A stretch of 64,000 bases of DNA, from the NCBI RefSeq assembly GCF_003918875.1, contig NW_025767301.1:2790001-2854000 (forward strand), written 5' to 3'. This document shows positions 36,905 to 50,600 of the stretch, one piece after another (position 1 is the stretch's first letter; every line of letters begins with the position of its first letter). The notes under the pieces are model-generated. The model was not told the origin of the DNA. It did not search any database and saw nothing but the letters and a program-made list of their open reading frames with translations. Both the position numbers and the translations under genes were made by a program. Origin of the DNA: Haliotis rubra (Eukaryota).

Positions 36905-39285
36905 TCTTAGGTGATGTAGTCTGTGATGGAGATGTGATATGCAGTTATATTTGGATCTGAATATAGCCTGTGGTTTGTGATGTTATGTGTGATGCAGTTC
37001 CAAGAATGTAGTGTGTGATACAGGTCCAAAAGTGTGTGATCTGTTATACAGATCCAACCAGTCAATGATTTTATATACAGTATATGTGATACAGTTCCAA
37101 TGATGTTTATATTCGAGACATTTGCAATGATGATATATGTGATACAAGTCCAAGAATGTTGTATGTGATTCAGTTGCAATGATGAATTGCGTGATACAAT
37201 TCAAGTTTGTAATGTGTGATACGGTTCCAATGATATAATATGTGATACAGTTACAGTGATGTTACATGTGATGTAGTGACAATGATGTTATATGTGATTC
37301 AGTTCCAATAATGTAATGGGTGATACATATCCAACCAATGACGTAATGGGTGATACATATCCAACCAATGACGTAATGGGTGATACGTATCCAACCAATG
37401 ATGTAATGGGTGATACATATCCAACCAATGATGTAATGGGTGATACGTATCCAACCAATGATGTAATGGGTGATACATATCCAACCAATGACGTAATGGG
37501 TGATACATATCCAACCAATGACGTAATGGGTGATACGTATCCAACCAATGATGTAATGGGTGATACATATCCAACCAATGATCTAATGGGTGATACGTAT
37601 CCAACCAATGATGTAATGGGTGATACATATCCAACCAATGACGTAATGGGTGATACAGCTCCAGTGGTGTTATATGTGATACAATTACAAAATTGGAATG
37701 ATTAATTGTGTGATATACTTTCAATTTTGTAATGTGTGATACAGTTCCAATGATATAATATGTGATAAGTTCCAATGATGTTCTGTGTGATACAGTTCCA
37801 ATGATTTAATATGTGATACATGTAATACAATTTCAGTGATACAGTTTCAATGATGTTATCATACAGTTCCAATGATGTTATCATACAGGTCCAATGATGT
37901 AATGTGTGATACAGGTCCAATGATGTAATGTGTGATACAGGTCCAATGATTTAATGTGTGATACAGTTCCAATAACGATATCATGCAGTTCCAATGATGT
38001 AATGTGTGATGCAGTTCCAATAACGATATCATACAGGTCCAATGATGTAATGTGTGATACAGGTCCAATGATGTAATGTGTGATACAGGTCCAATGATTT
38101 AATATGTGATACAGGTCCAATGATGTGTGATACAGTTCCAATAACGATGTTATACAGTTCCAATGATGCAATGTGTGATACAGTTCCAATAACGATATCA
38201 TACAGGTCCAATGATGTAATGTGTGATACAGGTTCAATGATGTAATGTGTGATACAGGTCCAATGATGTAATGTGTGATACAGGTCCAATAACGATATCA
38301 TACAGGTCCAACGATGTAATGTGTGATACAGGTCCAATGATGTAATGTGTGATACAGGTCCAATGATGTAATGTGTGATACAGTTCCAATAACGATGTCA
38401 TACAGGTCCAATGATGCAATGTGTGATACAGTTCCAATAACGATATCATACAGGTCCAATGATGTAATGTGTGATACAGGTCCAATGATGTAATGTGTGA
38501 TGCAGGTCCAATAACGATATCATACAGGTCCAATGATGTAATGTGTGATACAGGTCCAATGATTTAATGTGTGATACAGTTCCAATAACGATGTCATACA
38601 GGTCCAATGATGTAATGTGTGATACAGGTCCAATGATGTAATGTGTGATACAGTTCCAATAACGATATCATACAGGTCCAATGATGTAATGTGTGATACA
38701 GGTCCAATGATGTAATGTGTGATACAGGTCCAATAACGATGTCATACAGGTCCAATGATGCAATGTGTGATACAGTTCCAATAACGATATCATACAGGTC
38801 CAATGATGTAATGTGTGATACAGGTCCAATGATGTAATGTGTGATGCAGGTCCAATAACGATATCATACAGGTCCAATGATGTAATGTGTGATACAGGTC
38901 CAATGATTTAATGTGTGATACAGTTCCAATAACGATGTCATACAGGTCCAATGATGTAATGTGTGATACAGGTCCAATGATGTAATGTGTGATACAGTTC
39001 CAATAACGATATCATACAGGTCCAATGATGTAATGTGTGATACAGTTCCAATAACGATATCATACAGGTCCAATGATGTAATGTGTGATACAGGTCCAAT
39101 GATGTAATGTGTGATACAGGTCCAATGATTTAATGTGTGATACAGCTCCAATGATGTTAGTTTATGTGATTCAGTTGCAATGATGTTATATGTGATACAG
39201 GTCCAATGATGTTATATCTGACTTAGTTTCAATGGTATAATGTGTGATGTAGTGACAATGATCTAATGTGTGATACATTTCCAGC
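36905..39285. repeat. Complex 26/22/30-bp satellite
   Basis: 26-mer CAATGATGTAATGTGTGATACAGGTC, 22-mer CAATAACGATATCATACAGGTC, and a homogeneous 30-mer block at 37310-37655. Flanks are degenerate. Confidence 0.97.
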
Positions 39286-39289
39286 CATA

Positions 39290-39640
39290 TGGATAAATGG
39301 CCTCCTATCAGTAGAAGTACGGCCCTGTTTTCTTCATAACAATAGCAAAATATCAAGCGTCCTCTGATGTGGATATAGCACTACATGTATCAACGTTCAT
39401 ACGACGATGTTGCAGCAAATGTTAACTGCCACTCAAAGAAGTTAGAACGAGACCGTCCGAACAGCACGGACTTTAATAGTATCTTGTCATGTCATGAAAG
39501 GACGTGTTGGAAGAACATGTAGCATGGCCACATATGAACATTGCACTACATGCATGAGATTGGCTGATGTCATGTATCCAGCTGAGGACATGCTGGAGAT
39601 GACCGAGCCTTTCATTGTATATGTTAATCTCTGTGAGTCT
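39290..39640 (+). mobile_element. Decayed Naiad-type RT fragment
   Basis: LMWI (~39364); STDFNSILSCHE ~ TFDFSTLYTTIPHD. Confidence 0.5.
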
Positions 39641-39661
39641 AAACCTGGAGTTGTTTTACGA

Positions 39662-39832
39662 GTGAATGAGTGAGTGAGTATCGTTTTACGCCGCGTTTAT
39701 CAATATTCCAGCAATATCACGACGGGGGACACCAGAAATGGGCTTCACACATTGTGCCCATATGGGGATTCGAACCCGGGTCTTCGGCGTGACGAGCGGA
39801 CGCTTTAACCACTAGGCTACCCCACCGCCCCT
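39662..39832 (-). mobile_element. SINE family A, full length
   Basis: TSD GTTGTTTTACGA. Confidence 0.92.
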
Positions 39833-40174
39833 GTTGTTTTACGAAGCTGACAGCAACATTTCATCTATATCCAGCTGTTCATACCCGTACCAGGCAACAG
39901 ACTGAAATCAAAAGTCGCGATCTGAGCTGTCACCGTCACCGACCACTCGATCAATTTAGTCCTCTCCTACGACATGCAAACGTTCGGATGTATCAGTGTA
40001 GATTTACGACAGATATGTCATGGTTGTGCAGGTGTGACGTGAGGTTTATCGATGCGGCGATATAGTTTGTTCCATGCATTCTCTCTCTGTCTGCATGTGT
40101 GTGCGTGTATGCGTGCGTGTGTGTGTTTGTGCTTGTACTCGGTTGGACTAATGCTGATTTGATAGCAGACAGAG

Positions 40175-40287
40175 ATGAGCCAGGCAAGATAACACGTAGC
40201 ACCGTTTGGCATGACGCGACCACGGATCGAACTACCGACCTTACACTCACCGGAAGAGCACTGTCCACAGAACCACCGAGAAGGTCC
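40175..40287 (-). mobile_element. Degenerate Meta-like tRNA SINE
   Basis: Reverse complement has AGTTCGATCC..CGCGTCATGCCAAA, similar to 215-323. Confidence 0.6.
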
Positions 40288-40329
40288 CGTTGTAGGTAAT
40301 GCCTTAGCATGTCACGCTGAGGGTGGCCC

Positions 40330-40780
40330 AATTATCAAAGGCGCAGCTATTCCAAGGACCAGGGACTTCTCTTGGGCGTGGCATGTTTAATCTGCCACTG
40401 CTTCCAGTCCTATGGAGGTACCAAACATTTTGTTCACCCTTACAACACAGCTTGTTTTCAGGATATCCAGAATATCTAGTGAATATTTACCAAATCAACG
40501 CAGAGTCATTTTCCGAATTGACAAAGAAATCACTCACTCCAAAAGCAATGACGTTTTAGCTGCATTGTAATAAGAGCTTTAATTAGTACAATGACAGAAT
40601 ATTCTGGACGTTCGCGAGTCGTACCAGTAGCAGTGGCTTACTGATTCTACCCACGCCCTTGTTGTCTTGACGCGTTATTGGGTGTAGAGTTGGTGTGCGA
40701 GTGTTGTTTAGTTGTGTGCTTCCTTTAAATTGGCCCAACTCGTTACAATTGCCTGTGTGGAGTTATACAACTTGTGCAAG
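40330..40780 (+). mobile_element. Decayed Naiad-type RT fragment
   Basis: ORF 40323 LFQGPGTSLG..CSPL..LF..FSELTKK..KAMTF. Confidence 0.55.
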
Positions 40781-40959
40781 CTCTTTACATTATAGACAGA
40801 CAGAGACAGACAGAGTTTATTTCCAGTAAAAGGCCGTAAGCCCAAAATACATTCAGAAAGAAATTGCAGTGTAGTCAGGGGCACAATGATCTTTCAAGTG
40901 TGTTTATAATGATCCTTTTAACATAAAATATATTATATATCCTTTTACATTATATCTGC

Positions 40960-41900
40960 CGAGTAACGTCCAGATTCAATAGTCACATCGTTGCCATCTC
41001 AGTTATTTCCATGGTTTCCAAGGATGGTTGTACGGATGTACAAAGTATGGCAATATCATTTTCTCTTGGGAAAATTTTGCAATGAAACATTGGATTTTGC
41101 AATCCAAAATAGGAAAATTACTATGAGTATATTTTATTATCTTCTATGACGAATGTTATATGTTTTGTGTCGCCAAAAATAAGAATTTAAAAATATATCG
41201 ATTATCCAAATTCAAATGATATTGAAGTTTTTAAATGTCCACTGTTTTGAAAATAAAAATGCTATTTCCGAGCAGTTTTGGCATTTAATTTCCTTGTACC
41301 GGAACGTGTTTTATAAAACCTTACGAATTCACTTTATGAAGAACAAAGCTCAAGATGGCGTCTCGACAGCCAGTCAGATCCCAAAACAATTCGCCAAGAA
41401 AATAATTAAAGAAAACAAAATATACTTAAATTGAAAAATACAACTCCGAACAATGTGTGTGTATCCAGAGGGATGATGAGGACCCGCATTTTCACGACTC
41501 AGTTCGACATTTAAGTAACCGAACCCGTCAAAATGACACAAGGGACACTACCAGAACCTCCTGGTACAGCTGGGGGAGGTATTTGAAGACGAGAATGTTT
41601 TCTTTTCTTACAACCAAGTCCACTTTCATCGCACGTCCCCTGACTATAGGATGACAAAATACATGTGGAATCAGAAGGCTTGCCTGCCGCTGTTAGCACG
41701 AGATCCGATTAATTAGGTCCTATGGGAAGACATACAAGCCTTTACTATCTTAAAATCGAGAAAACCACAAGCCTAGCACCCACTCTGCAAGATATCTTAA
41801 ACGTCAAAAGAAACGCTTCGCCAAAACTATCTACTCAAGACAAAATGCAAATGGCCGCGGTTGAGTGTTAAGAGGAGCAAAAGTCACTCAAGAAAATTGT
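40960..41900 (+). mobile_element. Decayed Naiad-type RT spanning the whole domain
   Basis: LPSQLFPWFPRM (40991), HWILQSK, MILKFL, DDEDPHFHDSV..RDTT (ORF 41457), LPAA, RLIRSY. Confidence 0.7.
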
Positions 41901-41909
41901 TTTCCTATC

Positions 41910-43100
41910 GACTGTCGGAGGTTACATTCAAGCCCCAAATGTAAACTATCGCCCCATTTCGGTTTAAGATAGCTGCAAGGTGAATTTGATATTCTACATA
42001 ATTTGATTTCTCGTGTATTGAGTTCGTTTCAGTTTTCAGCCTGGGGTTAACGTCAGGCTATGCGCCCATTTGAGACACTTTGCTCACCAGAGTCATTTCC
42101 TAACAACTACGTATCATTTTCAAACCCCCACATCGACCCTCAGACGAACCAGCGGTCAATACCAGTCATTCAGCTGCAAATCCGTGTCCACCTACAGGGG
42201 AAATAATAGCGTTAATGTATCCTTCTGTTTCTACAAACATTACTGAGGTGTTGGTGGCAGATTTTAGCGATCACCTGACTTTCTTAAGAAAACAAAAGAG
42301 CGCTCTGCTTTCAATGGTTTCGCCCATTCAGAGGGAGGTGTCAAAAACCGTAAAACATTTTCAACCCATTACTACACGGGTAAGATTTCGTTTAATCTAT
42401 TGTGTCCTTTCAGATCGACACCTGTTTGTACGAAAGGAGGACTAGTTTAAATCCGGCAGCCATTTTAGATGAAACTTGACAATTGATTCACAGAAAATAT
42501 CCTAGTCGTTATGGTTTTAAACAAATAGATGTTACAGTATTGTCACAGTGTCAGTTTCTGAATAAACACGACATAGGAATTATATATTTGAATTTAATAG
42601 AAATTATAATACTTAATGACCTTCAAAGCTGGAAAATGTAAAATCTCAACATCAGTTGGCGTCCCCTTATCCAAAATCCAGTGATATATCGTGTAGGCTT
42701 TATTCTTAATTGTAAATCATTGTAAACAGAGTATTACGACACCATGTTGTATTTTTTAAGTTGAGGAATAACCAGCTGATGAAGCAGTTCTTCCTAATCC
42801 TACCACGTATAGTTTCACACAGTAGTCTAATTAGATCCCAACCTTGATTGACCTTAAAAAGTAGAAAACGTGCTTCTCAAACCTTATCGTTTATTGTATC
42901 TAAGCGCTTAGAGAATGCGATCTCAAATTGCAAGTGGACCGGAAAAAGTGTGCCACTGCCTAAACCTATTTTGCCAATAGCCATTGTCTATATCGTAATG
43001 TAAACCTCTCTAAATGGTCCACAAAGTCACCAGGCAAATGCACATTTCTCTAAATATCAGTTACCGTAGTCATACGTTTTGTCTGTATTCGACTGGTCTT
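41910..43100 (+). mobile_element. Decayed Naiad-type RT copy
   Basis: PFRFKIAA; ORF 42215 ADFS..CVLSDRHLFVRKE; SVGVPL (42652). Confidence 0.6.
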
Positions 43101-44070
43101 GCGTGAGGAAGGCCATCATTTTGAGTAATTCTATAGTTTAACGGTTGGCATTCGTTGAGCTCGTAAAAGACGCGGCCGCTTGTTCAGGTTGAGAGAATGA
43201 TAAATAGCCATTAATATGCAAAAGCAATGCTATTCTCTAGTAGAATGTGCAGATGTGCGACCAAACAATGGATTCTGCCATACTAGTAAAAATTCTCGAC
43301 TTTCAAACAAGGTTTTCACCGACCAAGGTTGATAGATGGACTCGCGCTACACAGGTTAGCTATGGGACAAATTTACCTTGAAAACTAACTGCAGAATCGC
43401 ATGTTAAACTGAATCTGGTGTTTTCAGCTGCTGGGTCCGACTAAACGCTTTAAGGTTTTGACTTCCGACCCTGTCCGGCGTTTGTAAGGAGATGATCATG
43501 CTTGTGGCTATTGTCTCTTTGATTTATTGCAGTCAATTTATGAAATGTACACCCCAGACTTGATGACAAATATTGTCGACTACTTTTCAAGAATACGGAA
43601 TGCCCTTTGTTGATTTGAAGGTTTTAGCGCGTCTAATTGTAGGGATTAGTTGGGACTGGTCCACTGGTAGCCTTTTCTAGTATTGTGAATGAAGGAAGAA
43701 AAGATAAATGAATGTTTTTGTGAGTTTCGTTATTCGAGAAGTGTTATTTCGAAATACTTGGAAAATTTCTTTTCTTCGTTAGATGCTGGCATCTAAAACA
43801 GTCGATTCATCTGTCAATGTCGATTTTTTTTCAACTATTTTTGGATTACTTTGATCCGCGCTAATCTGTGTGAGGATTAATGTTAAACGATTTGATGGGA
43901 CCTGGATTGTCTTTTTCGGTATAACACCTTTGAAAAACATGTCACGATTATAATAGGATGAACATGATGATCGTTAATGAGGAAAACTTCACGGATTCTA
44001 AACAATGCATATTTTAACGAAAGTGATGAAACAGACGTCGATTTGTCACTGCCGGGGAAAAGCACAATCA
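43100..44070 (+). mobile_element. Decayed Naiad-type RT copy
   Basis: GGTTAGCTATGGGACAAAT ~ G.AMGTN with frameshifts (~43355); NIVDY; VNVDFFS. Confidence 0.45.
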
Positions 44071-44800
44071 CTCAGTATCTTATTGTAGGTTTAATCAAAC
44101 ATTGAGTGTTCAGTCTGGTAAGTACTGAATAATTCAAAAGATTAATATGAATAGAACAGCTTAATAGATATAGAACCATACATAAAACTGGCACAATTGC
44201 AAAATGAAATCGAACGAAAAATGAAAATTGTTTTCTAATGACGTGTAAATGCAATATATATGCTAGCAGATCATGCGGATATGATGAATATTTTGGTGTT
44301 TTTTTAACCAAACATTTAAGTAATTTGATGCAACTTTACAACAGTCAAAGTAGTCGAATATAAATTGTTGAAAATATAATTTTTCACTAAATTTATGTCA
44401 TTAATTTCTGATATTTATCAATTTTCAAATTGAGATATCGCGCAGCTGTTTTCAATTTGTACGTTATAATTTTGTAACGTTTTTAGAGAGAAATAGACAA
44501 AATCACCAGCTTCATTTGCATGTTCAGCGACAAAAGGCTTTTACAAGCTAGGTAATAATACAAACGGTGATCAATAAAAAATATTCTCATGAATACAGAT
44601 AGCAAAATGTAATTACAATCTGACACTGTAGAATTTGAGTTCCAGATAAACACTCAGTTTACGCTCACATAGCGTAAAGGAGGAATATGGGGATATCGTC
44701 ATCAAGCCGATGTCACAAAAACAATCGTATATCGTCAATAAAATCAGTTTAAAGTTTCCATATTTAATATTTCTTCCCCAGTGATATGAAGAAACCCACG
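44070..44800 (-). mobile_element. Decayed Naiad-type RT fragment
   Basis: ORF 44072..44311 KYSSYPHDLL ~ LYTTIPHDKL. Confidence 0.5.
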
Positions 44801-45129
44801 AATGCCGTCCTCAGTTAAGTTTAACACCTTGTCTCTGAAATGAACACATTTTTTTTAAAAATACAGTTTTTTAACTCAAAATATAATAAAAACAGTCTAG
44901 AGATTTTCCTTATTTTCTGAAATCTAGACTTGCCAAATATCATAGGATTACATAGTCTGTCTCTGATATTTTTGTTTCAGCTTCTATTTGACAGACTGTC
45001 AATAGTTGTCAAAGTTTTTACTAGTAGCTTGTACTGGCGCTTCGGTGAATATACATGTATTCACTGTGCGACTTCTGCGGCGGGAGATATGGTTATTATA
45101 ATGATATTGTATCTCTTATGCAATAGGTT

Positions 45130-45690
45130 ATAATCCTATTTATTTCAACATCATATCAGCGTTACGGATATAAGCTTTTAAAACTTTCTTCTATCTGTAT
45201 TCATTTATGCTGTGTTTCACTACAACAATTTTCATCAATTTCAGTACATCGTTCTTTTAATGAAAATATCCAATATCACGAAAATGCTTTTTCCACTTGA
45301 ATTGAGTTTGCATTAAAAACTTTACATCGTTTTTTTTCTAAAATAATAATGGGGTAAAATATAAATTTGATTACTTTACATTTTGCGTATTTGCCTTGGC
45401 TTGACTGTTCGATTTGAAAAAAAGAACTAATTTATATCTTTCATCTTGTATTAATACATAATTCAATGGTGGAATTAAAATATTTCAAGCGCTTAACTAT
45501 CAATCGTTCAATTAATATGTGCATAAACCTCCCCATATTGTACTTTGATGCCAATGTATATGAGTATAAGTGTATGAATATATTATTGAATCTGTAACGG
45601 ATATCTAGTAGTGAATACAATATCTTTGTGTCACAGATACTATGATATAATATTAGAATTTTCAAATAAAAACACGTTCAAATACAAAGG
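45130..45690 (-). mobile_element. Decayed Naiad-type RT fragment
   Basis: ORF 45441..45665 LLD..FNNIFI..NMG, then LDIFI. Confidence 0.45.
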
Positions 45691-45759
45691 GGTAAGTGCT
45701 TTTTATTAAAACAAAAAAAAACACCAAATGTTCTAGGACAAAGAAACAACATCGGGGCA

Positions 45760-46560
45760 ATGGAGAGAACTAGTTCTGCGAAACATGAGCAATTAAATCA
45801 GGCGCAGGTTCAGTAACTGTACTCAATAACAGAATACATTCGCGAATATTAGCGTTTTACCAATACATACCAACGATACGTGGCATTTAAAGAGACAACA
45901 GATTTCACACAAACCACGACTGAGATAGACTGAGAAACTCTCAGTCAATTCATAACGAGATCATTCTAATATATACATGAAATGCTTATGCATTTATATA
46001 TATCATTGCGTGCAAATAGTCCGCCTCAATTATCTGCCCAAGCTGATTCAATTGGATGCTAAGGGCGAACTGGTGGTGATCTAGTCGCCGCCGTTCATTG
46101 AAGAATACAAGACTACAGTTTTCATATTAATCATATAAACCAAATGAAAATCACACATGTTGCGTTGTAATGTGAATTTGCGTTTTTTCAAATTATTTTC
46201 CTCAAACATTAAGTTAAATGTGTTTTGAATTTTCACTCACAATTTAAATAAATAAACTTCGGCAATGTTTACACTGATAATTTTAATCTAACTTTACTGC
46301 CAAAGCCGGTCTTTCGACCATTTGTAAACAAGGCGTAAGTTTCTGTTTTAGGTTGACCGGAGAATGTGGAACTTGGAATGTCTGGGAATCTGTCGCCAGG
46401 GCATATTCCGTTAGCTCAAGTCTGCGAAAAGAAAAATAAACGCTATCTCGGAAAATATTGGCGGCACTGCTCACAGGATAATAGCCCAAGACTCGTAGTA
46501 GGACAGTTGCCGATATCTCGTCGCCAACTGTATAGGTTAAACCAATGAAATGGCTATCAC
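45760..46560 (-). mobile_element. Decayed Naiad-type RT, C-terminal half
   Basis: ORF 46283..46489 MGYYPVSSAANIFRDSVYFSF..EYALA. Confidence 0.55.
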
Positions 46561-46739
46561 TCTAGGGTTATACTGTATAACCTGATAGCATCTCCACCAT
46601 GTGACTCCCATAACACAGAGGAGACTTAACACCGCGCACACGGGTTACCGTAGTGATGTAAATGAACCAGAGAAACCAAATAAAAAAACCCAATAAAACA
46701 CTGCACAAGACCCAGACTAGACTCTCTTACAAACCTCGG

Positions 46740-47020
46740 GTCATTTACCACAATATAAACCCATTAGAACATTAGAATTTCTGTTTTCATCCCAATTTTT
46801 GAAATTATACGATTTGTTGGAACTACAATTTAATACTTATAAGTTGAAATAGCTCTTACTTTAATATCCCTTTAACGGCGATTTTAAAAGACATTTACAA
46901 CTATTTACAGAATACGTCTTTCCAAATAAAAACCCCATTAAAATATGAAGCGTCAAAAACAGTTCCATATACACATGAAATACATGTATCTACTGAGTGT
47001 AGATTCCACTGTACAATACT
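46740..47020 (+). mobile_element. Decayed Naiad-type RT N-terminal fragment
   Basis: IRFVG; LTAILKDIYNYLQ ~ LTSILxAVKxGLQ. Confidence 0.5.
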
Positions 47021-47219
47021 AAGGTTACCACAGACTGAGTTTATGAATCACCTCCAGTGAGGGATGATAACAGGAGTGCATCCTGTCCCACCAGCGACAA
47101 CCACCACAAACACATGCAAAGGAAAGTCAATTATTCACATGCAAAATACCCATCCTCAAAACCAAAATAGAAAATAATACAAACAATATTAAGTAATGAT
47201 AAATGATAATAAAACCAGA

Positions 47220-47920
47220 AGAAAACACGGGAACACAAAGCACACGTCTTAATTCAAGATAAGGAAACCCTTCGGTTCGGACTCTCGATAATCCAACCTT
47301 CAACCGTGATGGTAAGGAACATATTGACATGCTACCACGCCATGAACAACACTGATTAATCTGGAAATTCGATAATCCGGACAATGTCAACAAATGACAG
47401 CCTCATGGGAGTACCTATCAGCTATTCAGAACATCTTTTTTTAAAAAGAAAAAAAAAGAGTTTAATGCGTCCTCCTGAATTGATAAAAAGGGTGTTAGGG
47501 GATTAATTCCGTGAAATGTCAAAATTGCAATAAACACTTTGAGCACCAATTACAAGCTGAGAGGAACGTGTCAGCGCGGTAAGGGTGGACAGGGCATGTT
47601 GTTTGAACCCGACAAAACTGTCAAAAATACCTTAAGGAGGATGAAAAGTGTGGAAGTAGTCGGCACAGGGCAAAAACCGTACGTTGGGATACACGTTAAA
47701 ACATCCGGTAACCTTTGAGCGTGTTTGCTGTTTCTCCTTGTAAAATAAACAATGACAACACCGGTATGTTTGGAGGAAATGTTATACCGTGTACAAATAT
47801 CTTGATTTTGTTAAGATTGTTGCTGTCAACTTTAGCGTAAGTATCACGTATCTTTGAGTTTATTTTGTTATACCAAAGTGAACAGTTGTTGGGTATAAGC
47901 ACGGATTTGAAAAAAAATCA
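47220..47920 (-). mobile_element. Decayed Naiad-type RT core
   Basis: ORF 47696 SLWYNKINSK..KIKIF..NIP; LIGTPM (47404-47421); YLEL. Confidence 0.6.
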
Positions 47921-48505
47921 CCATTTAATGTGAACAATACAATGGGAGATAACCGAGAGAAATACACTTGAAGACCGCTAACATATTAATGAAAACATCA
48001 GGTAGAAAATTACATAATTTTCAACTCCAAACAGTCTTTGGTGGGACACACGTTCCTTCTGTAAAAGAGGAAACAGCAGGATCAGAATAAATATTATTTA
48101 AATGTATTCCAACGCGTTTCAACATGATGTGACTGGATTAAAAGTTTAACAAGTATTTTTGTGTGTCCACAATCAGATAAATGTGCCATTTCCATCTTTT
48201 GCAAATTAATCTTTTGACGTATAATATTACAAATGGTGTAAATACTTCATTTTGATAAATGAGTTTAAAGAAAGGAGTGTGTTTGTAATCGGCATCCAAG
48301 GGGAATGGTGATTGAAACAGAGCAACACATTGTGCACTTGAGATATCCTTTGGCAACCTCTATTACTTAATCAGGATTTTAGTGGATACAGAAGGATTGC
48401 AAAATGGTGATGGGTGAATTGAGGATGAAGTCTATTTTAGAGGGTGGAATTACCAAACACATATATAGATATAGCGCGGTTATACGGAAATCCCCTTGAA
48501 GCGAT

Positions 48506-48665
48506 GAGTGAGTTTATTTTTACGCTGCGTTTAGTAATATTCCAGCAATATCACGGTGGGTACACCAGAAATGGGCTTCACACTTTGCACCCATGTGGGA
48601 AATCGAACCCGGGTCTTCGGCGTGACGAGTGGACGCTTTAACCACTAGGCTGCCCCACCGCCCCC
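48506..48665 (-). mobile_element. SINE family A, full length
   Basis: TSD AAGCGATGAG. Confidence 0.9.
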
Positions 48666-48725
48666 TTAAAGCGATGAGAGTAACACTGGTACTTGTGAGT
48701 GTGTATGATATTATGCGTCTTGATG

Positions 48726-48840
48726 GCAGTATCCCAGCATCGTCACGGCCTGGGACACCTGAAATGGAAGGCTTAAAACATTGAAGCCATGTGGGGAATC
48801 GAACCCGGGACTCTGGCATGACGAGGGAACGCTTAAGCAC
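48726..48840 (-). mobile_element. SINE family A, older partial copy
   Basis: CCATGTGGGGAATCGAACCCGGG..GACGAG. Confidence 0.8.
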
Positions 48841-49225
48841 AAGGTTATCATCCCAAAGTATGGCATATTATGTGTATGTGACGGACATCCAAACCCCACA
48901 GCTGTATCAAGTCAATATAGTGTATATATATGGTTACATCGCAGATTGATTTCTCCACTAACTTGGGGCAATCGACTGCAAACCTTATGCAGATGATTTG
49001 CACAGGAATTTGCCAATTATCACTGATTTTTATCATTTACTGAACTCATGACAATAATCTTTTCAACGTTACGAATTTGCTTTACAATACATCAGTTCAT
49101 GTGTAAACAGTACCTTTAAGCAGTATGGAATATTTTGCAAATTTTAGTTTAGAACAGTTGCCTGAAGTAAGTGGCTATATTTACACTAGTGAGTCTAAAC
49201 TTTTGATGAGATGTATATATGACTA

Positions 49226-49290
49226 CGACCGCCGCCATATAGCTGGAATATTGCTCAGTGCGGCGTAAAACTCAACTCACTCACTCACTC
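49226..49290 (+). mobile_element. SINE B tail-only insertion
   Basis: TSD ATATATGACTAC. Confidence 0.85.
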
Positions 49291-49699
49291 ATATATGACT
49301 ACATGGACATTGAGAGGTACTACAAACGTTAAGTGGTGTCACTATGACAGCAAGTGAAATCAAACAGCATGTATTTCACCAAAGTCTAGACAGCTATAGA
49401 TAACATTTAAGTACCACAATACAATACGAATGTATATAACATTGTCATTATTAACTACTTACTTGTAGGGATTATAACGCACGGCTTATATCAAGGCTAT
49501 AAACGATAAACCCGTTAATCCGGACAGTAACATTCTGAGATAAATTGTGGAGTTGACACATGCCCGGATAAACGAATCATGCGTGCGGAGTTATGTCCCT
49601 TTGTAAACATGCACCGCAGGCGACGTCTCAGGGCATAACACAACCGTACGCCACCCACTGGTATCATTGCTGAGACACCAGTGGACAAGCGGTAATTTA

Positions 49700-50100
49700 T
49701 ATACAGGAATTTTGAAGGTTACCTTCTAATCTCAAATGTACTGATAATTATTTTGTGTATGTCTTTGGAAGTGTTATTTCAGTAAAATGGCAGATGATTT
49801 AAAATGATCTGACATTTCCAAGATGAATATACGCCTGTTTGTTTAATCGTTTTGGTTGGAGATTGCAGACTAACGCAACACCACTCCTTAAATTCTTAGT
49901 ATATGAATCATATGAATAGATAATATGAAGCAGAAATTCAAATTGGCAACAGACAAAATAACTCAGCTGCGTGAAGGTAATTTGACGTTCCGACAGTAAT
50001 GATTTGTTGAAGGAAAACCAAGTTCTATATCTATACAACTTCTAAAATGCCTCTCAAAGAAGTAATGATTTGTTGTTTAACATAACGGTCAGTCGATTTC
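49700..50100 (-). mobile_element. Decayed Naiad-type RT fragment
   Basis: ORF 49799..50038 RTWF..FEFLLHII..LRSGV. Confidence 0.45.
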
Positions 50101-50249
50101 TAGTTTCAACTCTACTGATATGTGTGCCCACCTGCGGAGCTGTAGGGAGCTGGGACTAGTGTATAGAAAAGCTCTGCGACCTGGCAGTCAGTGTCAGGAA
50201 CTTGACATGCTACCGTTTTAAGTAGTAATCAACGTGAAGTGAGGGTTTC

Positions 50250-50600
50250 CAGATAAACAGGGTTTCTGTATATTTATAGATATGGGCATAATATAGGCAC
50301 AAATGTGGCCTAATCCAAGAATATATATTTCATTATTGCCTGTAGTTTTCAATACCTATTAGGTGCAATTCGACCATCGTTTATTTCAAACTCATGCACG
50401 TACCAACACCTGATGTTGCAGGCACGCTTGTTTATCTGAACGATCTATTCACAATGATAACTAGATCGGGATCAAGAGGTCGTTTCTACACAAATTGCTG
50501 TCTGATCTGCACAATCAAATTCTCGATCTTTAAATTGAAATCTGATTATATTTCTGCCCATTTGACCTCCATATAAAAGGTTCAGTCAATATGGCTGGCT
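50250..50600 (+). mobile_element. Decayed Naiad-type RT fragment
   Basis: IPIRCNS; ORF 50394 VYLNDLFTM ~ RYIDDLLSL. Confidence 0.5.

Larger units (their letters stand above)
48040..49100 (+). mobile_element. Decayed Naiad-type RT, C-terminal half, split by two SINEs
   Basis: AFQHDVTG and INLLTYNY, then a SINE, SVYDI, a second SINE, then QYSVYIW..NRLQTL..QEF. Confidence 0.55.

Noticed and set aside
34365-39285. CRISPR-like array, or repetitive proteins (GDTYPTNDVM, HHWTC ORFs)
   Set aside because: Head-to-tail satellites with no unique spacers and no cas genes. The ORFs are by-products of periodicity.
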